DNA from: Macrostomum lignano
Taxonomy: Eukaryota
Length of the DNA: 64,000 nt
Direction: 5' to 3'
Assembly: GCA_002269645.1 (NCBI GenBank)
Contig: NIVC01001004.1
Span: 1-64,000 of the forward strand
Below are positions 1-12,909 of the stretch, in pieces; positions within the stretch are counted from its first letter, which is position 1, and every line of letters begins with the position of its first letter. The translations under genes and the position numbers were made by a program. The notes below the pieces were generated by a model. The model ran no database searches. It was given only the letters and a program-made list of their open reading frames with translations, and was not told the origin of the DNA.

Positions 1-3000
1 ACTTCCCAGCTATCTTGGATAAGTTATTAAGAGGCTAGCATGAGCAAATTAAGCAACTGGTGAACATCCTAAAAGGGTCATTTTGGTTTACATGGCCTAC
101 CTGCACACAGATTGGCCTACATCATGCTGGTATACACATGCAGGAAGGAATTTTTGTACAAAATCCTAGATGCATTCTGTGCGCACAGACAAAAACTTGT
201 GAAGCTTCTTGCAAACTTGCAAAAGGCTTACGTGTGCAGGTTTTTTACACTATTAAAACTTGCAACTACAAAAAAATGTGCATGTATGTAATTAAACATT
301 GAAGTATTCAAAGATTGTTAAAAATATTTTAATGTTTTAAACTCTGTGGGCTTTTTACTAATTTTAAGATGCCTTTTTAAATCTTATACTTTCTTTGTTA
401 TATGTCATGCAACTTTAAATTAAAATTAACACCTTGTACATTCTCTTTTCAAATCAGCCAAATTACACAAAATGGCATCAAAAGTCAAAACAGTTTAAAT
501 GTATAAAGTTTAAAAACTTTTGTGTTTTAAAAGTAATAAACAGTTTTTAAGATTATTGTAAATATATCACTAGGTCAAAATAACTGTCTTTTTCATTCAT
601 TCATATTAAAAAGATAAATCAGAAATGTTTAGCATTACTATTAGAGCACCTATTACTAGTAGTTAAATTATTTTTTTTAAACTTTTATATAAAAATATTC
701 AATTAATTTGTCAATTTTATTACAAGAAGAAAGAGTACATTTAATTTTTGTGCTATTTCTTAATTATTGATCAAATCAACTAGTGGCTCTAATTTTATAA
801 AAAAATTTATTAGTCTTAATGCTATGACTATAACTATCTATGAACTATTCAAAAATGTCTTTGTGGTGGTTATGGAAATTTTACTTATTACTTATTAATT
901 TCTTTAATCTCTAATAAATATTTAAAGCAATGAATGATATTATTGATATTATAACTTTATAAGGATGTATACAGATAAGGATAAGGATATTTCTCTGATT
1001 TCAAAATGCCTATGCCTGTTGCCTTAGTTTTTGCAGCATCTAGCTTTATTACTTTGGCAATATTATCATATATAATGTCTGATAGTATTAACTAGTGGTG
1101 TAGATAAAGAAAATAAAGCTATGGAACAAGGTGTGGCTAGCAATCTAGTTGGTAAAGCTGTTAATATTAGCTTTCAAAACTGTTGGTATTATAGCTGTCA
1201 CCACTCAGGCTCAGCCACAACCTTGTTCTTTGAGAATAGACGCTGCCACTATTAGTATAATTAATTCTGAAACTCTAGGCTCTGACACAGTTGTTGCTGA
1301 TAGTAGCCTTATTTCTGCAACAGCTAGTCAGAACCAGCAGAATCCATTAGCTACAACTACTTCAAAGACATTGGCTTCACTAGGTGCATGCTCTTCAAAA
1401 CCAAAGGTTGCACTAAGCAATGTCAAGGCTGATGCTCTAATTTGCAAGGAATGTTATCTTCAGAACAAGGTAAGTTTTAGTTTCAAATTGATTTGAAACA
1501 TTTTTTGACATTTGATATTTTGCTATGATGTATCTAGATGAAATATACAATTATGCATGAATAAACTAAGGATGTGTAGTATATTTTCAGAAACTTTGTG
1601 TTGTTAGCCAAGAGTTGGGATACTGGCAGACACACAAAAAGTCATTATCATACATCAGCAACATCAACATTTTTCTTGAATTCATCATAGGCAGCAAAAA
1701 AAATGGTAGGTATTTTCTATAATTTTTATACACTATACTGGTACTTGTTTGGTTTTAAGAAAATTAAAATATTTGCATGAACTTAACTTACAGATCATAT
1801 ATCTAAGACTGGTTCTACCATTCAAGATAAGATCCGTGTATCTGCCTCAGGTGATACTGGTCCACAAAAAAAGCAATGGAGAAGGGTAAATACACAAGTA
1901 TTTTAAATTTTCTTTATGATGACTATAATTCATGTGCATGCTAGCATCTTTTTTTAATGCTTTTATACATATCAAAATTTTCTTTACTGCAATATAGTTG
2001 TTTTGGATCATCAAGAGTTAGGCAGTGGTAGCTTCAGCAAGCTTTCCCATCCTTCACACTCTGAAATAAAGAGATCAGAGTCAGCTGCAAATGATTCCAA
2101 TATAATATTGTTGGTGGATGATGTTCCAATTCAGTTGTTGTAAATTGCCCTATGGCTGAGGCTGACAATTTAGAGTGGTCCAAGTCCAATAAAGAAGATA
2201 TTCGTCTGCTCCTAGCAAAGCTACCAAAACTGGTTGCTGATGAAGTTGAAAAGTGGTTGCCCTATTCCAGCCTAAATCATGATCAGCAGACTCAGCTATT
2301 GAACCAGGGTAACAGCCAGTACAAGTGATACTGTCTCTAATCTAGATAAGTGGCTGAAACTGGTTAATATTTCTAACATTTGCAAGGAAGTCACTGAATT
2401 GGAATTATTTGTGGCTGAACAAACTGGCAAGTCAGTTGTTTATTGCATAGTATGCTGGGACAGTCTAGACCCAAAAAATTCAAAAGGATAAATGCTTTCT
2501 AATGCTACTCACATTTTGCTAAGTATGTTTATTTACTTTTTGGAATTATAGTCAACAAAAACACTACCCAACATTTTTTTTAAATGGATTCTCTTTACTA
2601 AATTCTAGAATTGGCCCTTTGTCTCCTGTGATAGGTCTATGGTTCAATAAGGCATGCACTGAACAGCTTCTCAGGGGTACTAGTTCTCAAGACAGCTCAT
2701 TCTGGCGCAAAAAAAAGAGCTACCTGCGTCCTGTACTGCCATCTTCTGGGTTCTATGGCCTCTGCTGAAGGCAAAAAACATGCCTTGGCTCTGCAGAGTG
2801 CTAAGATTGAAAAAGAAGTTAAAGTACACTCTCATTAAATTGCAATGCACTTTGTTTGGGCTATGATCATGACCTTAAGGGGAAAAGCAGCAGCTTGTCA
2901 TTATGAAGACCAACTCACTGTATTTCGTTTGAATGGCTCTGACATAGGAAATAGAGGACATGGAAGGCAACTTAGGCAAGTCTTTAATTTTTATTATTGT

Positions 3001-4270
3001 ACTTTTCTTTCAATTCTTTGATTTCCTTAATAGAAAAAATGTCAAAAATCATTTCAGAAAACAGATGATACTTCTGATGAAGTCTGCTAACCAGTGGCTT
3101 AACAAAGAATTCAACAAATTTCTTCTGACTCATTTGCTATCAACGAGCCTGCCTCCATACTTTATAGGTATAATTGACAAAGCCACACAAACTTGTGAGA
3201 CTAATCAGGCTATACTGCTTGTCGCTATGGTAAATGGAGAGTGATGTGCCCTTCTAGTTGGTGCTCCAGTTGTGTATTGCCTACAAGCCAAAAGGGTCAA
3301 TATGGATGATTCCACTTCTGATGGAGATGGGGATTTGATAGAATCTGAGAATAAGAATGGTGCTGGATGTGAGGAAAATTCTGAGACTGATGAAGAAGAG
3401 TTTAATAGCATGGATGTAAACATTACAGGTGGAAGCCCTTCTGAGTTGGCTAATTTAATATATAAGACCATCAAAGAGTTTAACTTATCCAATGAGAATC
3501 TACACCACAATTGTGGAACATCTGCTGATGGTCAATATCAACCTATTCAATTTGCTAACAAGATGAGCTTATTAGCTGGGCACTCTAATATAAAAGAAAA
3601 CAGCATTTTTCAGCCCATAGTCCAGGATTTTTTACATTTCTTAAGCCTAGCCATGACTGACATTCATGATGGAAATTTTGGTGATGCAGCAAAGAATTTT
3701 TTAAGCTCTTTGTTTCCCAGGTGAATGAGTTTAATACTTTATTGTTGCAAGGGAAATGAGGTTCTGCTTTCGCACAACCTCCAGTTTTATCACTAGAAGG
3801 CTGCAACATGGGGTAAATGCCTAATTTGTTGCATGGAAACCAGACAGAAGTCCTTGTTGCAAAAACACCTGGCTGACATACAACAACTTGGGTTTAAGGG
3901 CACTTGTCTGTATGAAGGCTGGCATAATATTTCTAGCTCTACTAAACAGCAAGGAGCAAGCACACGTGGCAGACCTAAAAATCTGCAGATATACATTTGG
4001 GAAGAAAGAACTATAGAAAGAGCTATAGAAGAATCCAAACTGTTTGCCACAGCTTTGCTAGAGAGCATTACTTCTTGACTTCAACTTGGAACTTCTCAAT
4101 GCTCAAAGATTGTAGCAAAATTTCTGGACTTTGAAAAACTTCTTTAGAATCTATCTGGCAGATGTATGTGTGAAAATACTAGAGTTGCAAAAAATATTTG
4201 AACCTGCTTTGATTTTGAGACATTTATGGCCATTGGTGAACAGGAATTCGTGCAACTCTTTAACTATGTT
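1..4270 (+). pseudogene. Decayed, probably multi-exon hAT-type DNA transposase (left boundary outside window or unresolved)
   Basis: Broken reading frames carry hAT-like motifs: YEDQLTVFRLNGSDIGNRGHG (~2900-2960), then GTSADGQY (candidate catalytic Asp) and DFLHFLSLA (DxxH-like) in ORF 3272-3724. Many in-frame stops. GT..AG-like boundaries surround AT-rich gaps (e.g. AAG|GTAAGT at ~1469). Confidence 0.55.
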
Positions 4271-4491
4271 GTATTAGGCCCCCATATAACATAGGTCCCT
4301 ATTTATTGTTGTATATTCCTTAGGGGAATGCCTAATATTATAGGGGCCTAAGCCTTTATTGTTTAAAATGGTACTTTATTATAATATTATATATCTCTTT
4401 TTGGTTAAGAAATAACGTGTCAAAACATAAAATCATAAAAAGGTCAAATTTTGAGCCTAAGCCTAATCAGTTCAGTTTTAGTACATACCAA

Positions 4492-6082
4492 CAGTGCTGC
4501 CACTCTATATTGTAAAAAAATTAACGCACAAGGAAAAAAATGCATTCTAAAATTATGATTGTTTTTACCTCCTATCACTAGGCCTAAAAGATATTTGAAC
4601 GTAGAAATTTTTAACGCTAAATTCGAATTTTATATTTAATTTTTTTCCTTGATTCCAGATAGGCAACACAACAAACAAAACACACAACACAGTGCAGCAG
4701 AATAATGAATGGTAAAAAATAGCTGTAATGAATTGACTGTAATAAAAAATTGATTGCTAAAAAGTTGCTTGTACTTAAAGAACAATGTGAAAGTTTATCC
4801 GTCATAGACAGTCAGATCAATTTATTGTACTACATTGTCATGGTCACAGGGCTTCTTGTTGGTAGAAGCTTTTCCATTGGTGTCGGCAATGGATTCTTGG
4901 TCCACATTGGCTTGACTAGAGGACTTGCGCTTCGTAGCTCCACCTCCATCAAAAGCACGTTGGTCTAGCATTTGGTGGTTCTTTTCCACTGCCATTTTGG
5001 CTTTCTGGGCAGCCTCCCGCTCACGCTGCGCTTGCTTTAGGTGCTCAGCGACCTTCTGCAGCGCCAACTCTGCTTCGGTGACCTTTTGATTGGCTTCCTG
5101 CTTGAGGTCATGAGCAGCCTTCTCTCGCTGGCGAATCTTTGTTGCTTGCTCTAGGTGCTGCATTTCGTGCTTTGCTGCCTCAGCATCCTTGGCCGCTTGC
5201 GCTGCAGCAGCCACCTGAGCCTTTTCTGTTGCCTTACGCTTTTTCTTTTCTGCCTGGTGGGCAAAATACTTGGCTCGTGCTTCGATCCCGAGATCAATCA
5301 GGTTCCGACTGATGTTCGCATCAATGCACAGTTGCTGAGTTGAGCAAAGGAAGCTACGAACTGGAAGATGAGCTAGACAAGTAGTGTCAGCCATTGCGTT
5401 TTGCTTTGAATTATCATCGATGTCACTTGACTTCCCTATAGCATGTTCTAGATCGGCATTGGCATGGAAGAAGGTCATGACAGCTTGTACTAACTTAGTC
5501 ATCAAGGGGAACACTAGCTTGTCGAAGATGTTCTTCTTATTGGCGACTTGATGCCAGAAAAGTGCTGGTGCTAGGTAGCTTTTGACAAGATGCCCTTGAA
5601 GACGCAGAGCACTGCTGAACTTCTTGACGAAGAGAGTCAAGTTCGTTCTGGCATATTACTGTTGGCAGCTGCTTGGCCAGCGCAACAGCAAGGTCGGGAC
5701 TCTCTTCATCAAGCAGTTTGCCTGGATTGAGAACTTGCAGGCGCCGTAGAATGAACTTCCTAAATGGAAGTTCAGTTGCTAGGTAGGCAGCAAGGGCTTG
5801 ATAGAATGCACGAACCTTAAGAAAGAATAGTGCGTTTTGAGATTCTCGTCTTCCTGGGTCGCAGAGTAGAATTCGAGTCTCCTCGCCAACTCCCAGCTGG
5901 CTGTCATCGACTTGGCCGTTTCTTCACTGGGCTTGTTTATTTATAATAATGAAAAAGGATGGGTACGGTGTATATAATAAGAAAAAACGCAGATATTACG
6001 CCTGGTGAAAAAATTATCGCATAACGCAGAGCCAGAGCTAAAAAACGCAGCTGCGCTAAAAACGCAGGTAGTGGCAGCACTG
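4492..6082 (-). mobile_element. Non-autonomous TIR DNA transposon (~1.6 kb) carrying the C-terminal part of a hAT-like transposase
   Basis: Perfect 13-bp TIR CAGTGCTGCCACT (4492-4504 and 6070-6082). Flanks are tacataccaa and cacataccaa. Repeated subterminal AACGCA motifs. The minus strand encodes VRAFYQALAAYLATELPF..LAKQLPTVICQNELDSLRQE, then after a frameshift LVQAVMTFFHANADLEHAIG (resembles the hAT dimerisation region) and a coiled coil (ORF 4822-5640). Confidence 0.8.
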
Positions 6083-7516
6083 CACATACCAATAGGGGCC
6101 TGCTAACTAAAGTTGTCTAAACTTTAATTCAAAATTAGTAGCAGGCCCTAGCACTTCGCTAGGTCAAGATATTAGTTTGCAATCAATCAGAAAAAAATTA
6201 ATAATTCGTCTAGATTCGAACACGAGGGCTGCGCACACGCCTAAGGCGAATTTTACCTATCCATCCAGGCCCGACTCGGATTATGAACTTAGAATTTAGA
6301 AACAGACCTTGAATTGAATTTTGCTTTATAAGAAGTAACGTTTTTAAACAAAATTTACTAGCTTTAAAACAACTTAACGAGCTGCGCTACTTATGTTTTC
6401 AAAATAATTAGCTTTGGCTGCCTTTGCTTTTATTCCTTGATACGGCTGAACCTTAAAGCATTTCCTTGCTTCCCACATGTTTAAAATATAGATTTCTATA
6501 GATTGTCGACAGTATAGTTTGGAATATAAAGTTTAGTCTAGCAATCTAGTGCCCCCTGCCCCTTTCGGGGCGCCCAATAAGCAAGGAGCAAAAGTATTCA
6601 TGTAAATCTTTTAAAAAGCACATTTTCTTGAGAACAGAATTTTTCTGTTTTATAGTCTATAAAACTCTATAATATAAAGTCTATAATATTATAGTCTATA
6701 GATCACCTTATTCGAGTAAATTTGTCATGGACTAAGATGTTTGCTATGAATCTCTTTTTTCTAAAAGTAACAAAAGTGCACCACAAAATAAAGCCTTCAC
6801 AAAGATAATAGGCATTCCCCTAAGTCAAAAGCATTTAAAGTAGCTGAAGTAACAAAATATTTTTATTTTATTAAAAAATTTTTTATTATTTTACAAAATC
6901 ATTTGCTGTGGAGCCTGTCTTTAATAATAATATTTTTAAATATCTTTTATAATATGTAAAGTAGCTGAAGTAATAAAATCTTTAATTCTTACCATGCTCT
7001 CTAGAAGCTTACTTTCTAGAAGATAGTCTAGTCTTATTTGGTGGTGGCTAGGCCTAATTCTAGGCAGCTTTCCTATAACTTTATTAGGCCTACTCTTGAC
7101 TTAATTTAAGCCTCCACCATCCTAACCACAATGTGTAATGTATATATGGTGTCAAAAAGTTTTTTGAGTCCTTAACCTAGTGAGTTAAAAGCTTTCCTTG
7201 TATTAAAAATAAAAACTTTTATCTTAAATTAGCCCCTTTATCGTAGGGGGCCATAGCCCAGCAGTCTAGTGCAGGCTCTGGTATGCGTTGCATGCTTGTG
7301 CTTATTGAAAAATGGAAGTACCTCATTTCTCTTCCCTTTTCCTACCTTCACTCTCTTTCCCGATTGATTTATCATTCACTTATTCACTTATATACAGTAC
7401 TAAACTGCACTGTACCCTGTACCCTGTAGGCTATACTGTACTGTATGTCTGGCAAACTAACTTGTATATATACACTCATGCACTCATATATATATGAATA
7501 TATGATTCGCATACAG

Positions 7517-7622
7517 TTCCTCTCGATTGCGACTTAGTTCCTCCCGATTGCGACTTAGTTCCTCTCGATTGCGACTTAGTTCCTCCCGATTGCGACTTAG
7601 TTCCTCCCAATTGTGACTTAGT
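7517..7622. repeat. 21-bp tandem repeat x~5 (cctcccgattgcgacttagtt), followed by a CT-rich tract to ~7770
   Basis: Read directly from the sequence. Confidence 0.9.
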
Positions 7623-7849
7623 TTTCACTTTGTATATGACTTTTCTTGCCTTTTTCTCTTTTCTTTTATTTCTCTTTCTTTCTCCTCTTCCCCTCTCTCT
7701 CTCTTTCTTCTCCCTCCTTTCTTTTCCTTTTCTCTTCTCCTTTTTTTCTTCTCCCAATTTTTCGTTTTTGTGTTTTCAATTTTGCGACTTACCTTGGCCA
7801 GAAGCCATTTCACCTGTCTAGTTCGGACAGGTCGGACAGGTGTTGGGCA

Positions 7850-7975
7850 TGTATGCCTGTGTGAGTGTGTGCCTGCATACTTATCCGCGTGCTTGTATGC
7901 CTGCTCAGGGGAGTCGGTGGAATGGGCAGTAATGCCTCTCGCCAGTTGTGTGCCTATGTCACTTAAAGTGTGCCA
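7850..7975 (-). repeat. Dispersed repeat family R1, copy 1
   Basis: The reverse complement contains cacaactggcgagaggcattactgcccattcc(a/g)ccgactcccctgagcaggca, matching ~30341-30395. Confidence 0.8.
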
Positions 7976-9289
7976 AGGTACACATAACCCCCCTGCCTCT
8001 AATAAAAAAGCCCCTTATCATTCCAACCCCATACTAGTCCTAGATACTAGGGACTTAGACTTAGAGCTTCCCTTTAAAAGTGAAGTAAATTCATCTTAAA
8101 TTAAGCCCTAACCACCTAAGTATAATGAAAATCGCTATTATTTGAGTCCTAAATTCTAGGGACTTATGAGTACCCCTCACTTTGAAATTAGCAACATTTA
8201 TTCACCCTTACCCCTATTATATCAATAGCTCAAATGGAGTCAATAGACTTTTAAGTCTTTGTTGAGTGGTAATACTGTATATTGGAACAAAGTATTGGAA
8301 ATATGTGTTTTTATATAACCATATCTATATCCATATGCTTTGTAAAGTCCCTAGTGCACATGGAAACCAGATTTGCTAGCATAATTAGCATGAATTCTAA
8401 GACTTAGTATAAATCTTGTTGTGAAAAATATATTGTTATTTGTTAATGTAGCTTTCATTTTAAAATGTTAAATTAAACATTTTTATATTAATTTACTATT
8501 AGAAGTAGTATATATATTTATATATTACATAGATAGCTCATAGATTATACCCTATCAATTTATTCCAATGCATACTCTGCTACCTTCCTAACTGTAGTCA
8601 AGAAGTGCTAGCCATCTATGCATTATCTTTGTGGTCTGTGACTGTATGCATTATTACAAGTTGTAAGGTTATAGGTTAATGCATTTTGTATTAGCAAAGG
8701 AATTGTACCATGGTTCTTTAACCTTCTGATGTTTTGATTAAAAAAATAATAATTGTGCTTTTTGATGCTACAATAATATCCTAAGTTATAACAAAATCTA
8801 GATATGCCTTAAGAAATGAACTAACCTATACTAAACCTTTCCAAATTATCTATTGATGTTAAACATGTAGTAATCAGATCTGTTTAAAAACTTAAGACAA
8901 AACTTAAGTTTGATTAGTCATGCTGCCAAGTTGCAATTGTTCTCCAGCTAGCTGGCTCATGCCTCTACGCAAACTGTTTCGCCAGCTGATTCAAATCAAC
9001 CAGTAGCTGGCGATAGTAATGAATTTATTGGCCAAGTGCGAAGGTAAGTTGCTTTCGCTAGCTATGCATCCAACTAGTTATGTGTTGTTTTTTTCGTTAG
9101 CTTGTCTGACTATCGATCTCTGCCCCCCTGTCTTTGTTTCTGTTTTGTCTCTGCCTATTATTTAGTTATATTTTTTAGTGTTGCCTGCTTGTCCTTCATC
9201 TCTGCAGATATCTGGCTTTGCCTTGCTTTTCTGCATTTCTGGTCGTGTCTTAGACTTTGTGTTTTTCTATTACGTGTCTGTATCTTAAT

Positions 9290-9495
9290 GTCTGTGTGTC
9301 TGTTATAGTGTCTGTGTATCTGTGTCTTAGTGTCTGTGTTTGTGTCTTAGTGTGTGTTTGTGTCTTAGTGTCTGTGTTTGTGTCTTAGTGTGTGTTTGTG
9401 TCTTAGTGTCTGTGTTTGTGTCTGTAGTGGAATTGGCGATGCTCGCCTCCCCGCTGCGTCTTCGGACCGCCCTGTAGCTAAGTCCAGTTTTGTCC

Positions 9496-9541
<46 letters not shown>

Positions 9542-9630
9542 GTGTCTGTCTGTCTGTCTGTGTGTCTGTCTGTCTGCCTGTCTGTCTGACTGACTGACTG
9601 ACTGTCTGTCTGTCTGTCTGTCTGTCTGTC
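9290..9630. repeat. TG/TCTG-rich microsatellites upstream of the first ASB coding exon
   Basis: Degenerate (tagtgtctgtgtttgtgtct)n, then (TCTG)n at 9493-9630. Confidence 0.9.
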
Positions 9631-9761
9631 ATCCCCGCTCTCCAATTTCCCGCAGTCTGGGCCATCGCAGCCTGAGCGCGCCCAGTCTGGACCATCGGCA
9701 TCGCCAGCATTTATTCAATGGCGATGGCGGTGGACTTCAGCCTGATCAGCAGCAGCCACCG

Positions 9762-12700
9762 ATGGACGCGGCCACTGGCGACTGCGGCCTGCTGTGCAGC
9801 CTCCTGCTGCCCGCCTCGCTAGCCGGCGGCAACACTTCGTGCGGCTCGCCCTGCCAGGCTGCCGCCAATTCGTCCGCTGCCCCCGCCTCTCTGGGCTCGT
9901 CCAGGAGGGTGGAGTTTCTCTATCGGGCCAGGTGCGACGATGCCCAGGCTGTGCTGCGGTTTCTGTCCAGAGGCGGCGGGCCCGTGGATCTGGTGCAGGT
10001 AGGCTGGGCGATGGTTTGGCTCTGTGTAGTGTCTGTCAAGTGTCTGTAGTGTCTGTTAAGTTTCTTACGTGTCTGTGACTTGTCTGTAGGTTCTCTGTTA
10101 ATTATCTGTAGTGTCTGTCAATTGTCTGTAGTGTCTTTCAATTCTCTGTAGTGTCTAAATGTGTCCGTAGTGTCTGCCTGTCATCCCCTGTCAAGTGTCT
10201 GTTTTTTCTGTCTTTAGTGTCTCTGCCTTCCTGTTTGTCCGCCTGTGTCTGTGTGTATGTGTCTGTCTCATTCCCTGTGTTTTTATCTGCTTTTTATCAG
10301 GTGTTATTTTTTACCGGGTTCATGCTAGTTCTTTTTTGAATTATGCGCTTGTACTTTTGCACTTGGTCACGTGACTTCTGTCCCGTCTGTCGAACTGCAG
10401 GGCGGCAGCAGGCGCACCGCTCTGTGCTACGCTGCAGCCAATGGCAACAGCCGCCTGGCCGAGGAGCTCCTGGCGCTCGGCGCAGCGGTGGACGGCCTCG
10501 GCTACGAGGTGCCGCTGATCCACGCCTGCGAGCGCGGCCACCTGGACACTGTCCGGCTCCTGCTGGCCTCTGGCGCGTCGCCCGCTTGTCGAGACGCTCG
10601 CGGCTCGACGCCTCTAATTAAAGCGGTCAGTCAGGGACATCTGGAGGTTGTCCGGTTGCTATTGGATACGGCTGCGGAGTCAGCCGGTGCCTCTGTAGAC
10701 GCGGTTAGCACTGAGCCCTGCTTCATCTGTCTGGAAGGTGAGGATGCCAGCTTAAAGTTGGATTTTTTGTATAGAATTGAAAAGTAAATGAAATGCATCG
10801 CCAAAGTGAACTAAGCATTTCAGCCCACCCCATAATTCATCACTCCATTCAATAATTATTCCGCCTAATAATCATCATCCTATTCAATAATCATCATCTC
10901 ACCTGAAAATCATCATCTCACCTGAAAATCATCATCCTACTCAATAATCATCATCTCACCTGAAAATCATCATCCTACTCAATAATCATCTCATCTGATA
11001 ATCATCATCCAACTCAATAAAAATCTTCTTTCTTGATAACTATTATCCTACTGAATAATCATCATCTCACCTGAAAATCATCATCCCACTCAATAATCAT
11101 CATCTCACCTGAAAATCATCATCCTACTGAATAATAATCATCTCACCTGAAAATCATCATCCTACTCAATAATCATCATCTCACCTGAAAATCATCATCC
11201 TACTGAATAATAATCATCTCACCTGAAAATCATCATCCTACTCAATAATCATCATCTCACCTGAAAATCATCATCCCACTCAATAATCATCATCTCACCT
11301 GAAAATCATCATCCTACTGAATAATAATCATCTCACCTGAAAATCATCATCCTACTCAATAATCATCATCTCACCTGAAAATCATCATCCCACTCAATAA
11401 TCATCATCTCACCTGAAAATCATCATCCTACTGAATAATCATCATCTCACCTGAAAATCATCATCCTACTCAATAATAATCATCTCACCTGAAAATCATC
11501 ATCCCACTTAATAATCACATACATGCGCAACCTTGGGAATCACTCGGCCGTTTCTATTGGCAACACACACATGTAAGTCGCTATTGGCTGAGAGCAGTCA
11601 CGTGACTACTATTCTGTCCAATAGCGACTTACGTGTGTGTGTTGCCGATAGAAACGGCCGGGTGAATCCCTAGGTTGCGCCCAAGCATGAATAATCATCA
11701 TCTCACCTGAAAATCATCATCCCACTCAATAATCATCATCTCACCTGAAAATCATCATCTCAACTGATACTCGTAACCATCATCCCATTACGATGATAAA
11801 TGATTATTCATATAATCATCGATAGTCATTATCCTACTCAATAATCTCTTCCCATACCGACATATACCGATAATCACCATCCCACACCCGGCCTCCCAGA
11901 GCAATCGGACGGTTCGAGTTTTGCGCCCGACTGCGGCGGCCTCAGCGCTCTGATGCGCGCCACCCACGCCCTTCGAGTTGACGTCGCCCGCCTGCTGCTG
12001 GACTACGGCGGAGCCAGCGTGGACCTCGCCAACAGCCGGGGCAACACGGCGCTCCACTCTTTGGCCCTCACCTGTCGGCTACCCGCCGCGCCCGTGTCTC
12101 ACCTGGTGCATCATCCGCCGCTGCACTGGGCCGCCACAGGACGACTTCTGCTTAGCCGGGCTTGCCGGGTGAATCCCAGGAATCGTTGCGGAGAGACTCC
12201 GCTAGATCGGCTGGTCGCCTGCGCGCCCGCCACGCTGGAGTTAGCGCCGTTCAAAGTGAGCTTGACAACTGCATAGCAACGGGCTGTTGTTTACCTAAGC
12301 TCTGGGTTAATCTAGTAGCTTGACAACTGCATAGCAACGGGCTGTTGTTTACCTAAGCTCTGGGTTAATCTAGTAGCTTGACAACTGCATAGCAACGGGC
12401 TGTTGTTTACCTAAGCTCCGGGGTTAATCTAGTAGCTTGACAACTGCATAGCAACGGTTTGATGGCTAATTGTTAACCTAATCTCCGGGGTTAATCTAGT
12501 AGCTTGACAACTGCATAGCAACGGTTTGATGGCTAATTGTTAACCTAATCTCCGGGGTTAATCTAGTAGCTTGACAACTGCATAGCAACGGTTTGATGGC
12601 TAATTGTTAACCTAATCTCCGGGGTTAATCTAGTAGCTTGACAACTGCATAGCAACGGGCTGTCGGAGCTCCAAGTTAATCTAGTAGCTTGACAACCGCA

Positions 12701-12876
12701 TAGCAACGGTTTGTTGTTAACCTAAGCTCCGGGGTTAATCTAGTAGCTTGACAACCGCATAGCAACGGTTTGATGGCTAATTGTTAACCTAATCTCCGGG
12801 GTTAATCTAGTAGCTTGACAACTGCATAGCAACGGTTTGATGGCTAATCCTATATACTAAAAATGGTCTGTCTGTG

Positions 12877-12909
<33 letters not shown>

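Noticed and set aside
4822-5640. Host coiled-coil protein gene
   Set aside because: It lies within TIRs and continues upstream, through a frameshift, into transposase-like sequence.
4319-6824. Outer TIR element defined by a 16-bp inverted repeat (cttaggggaatgccta)
   Set aside because: The inverted repeat is real, but no target duplication flanks it, so its boundaries and identity are unsupported.
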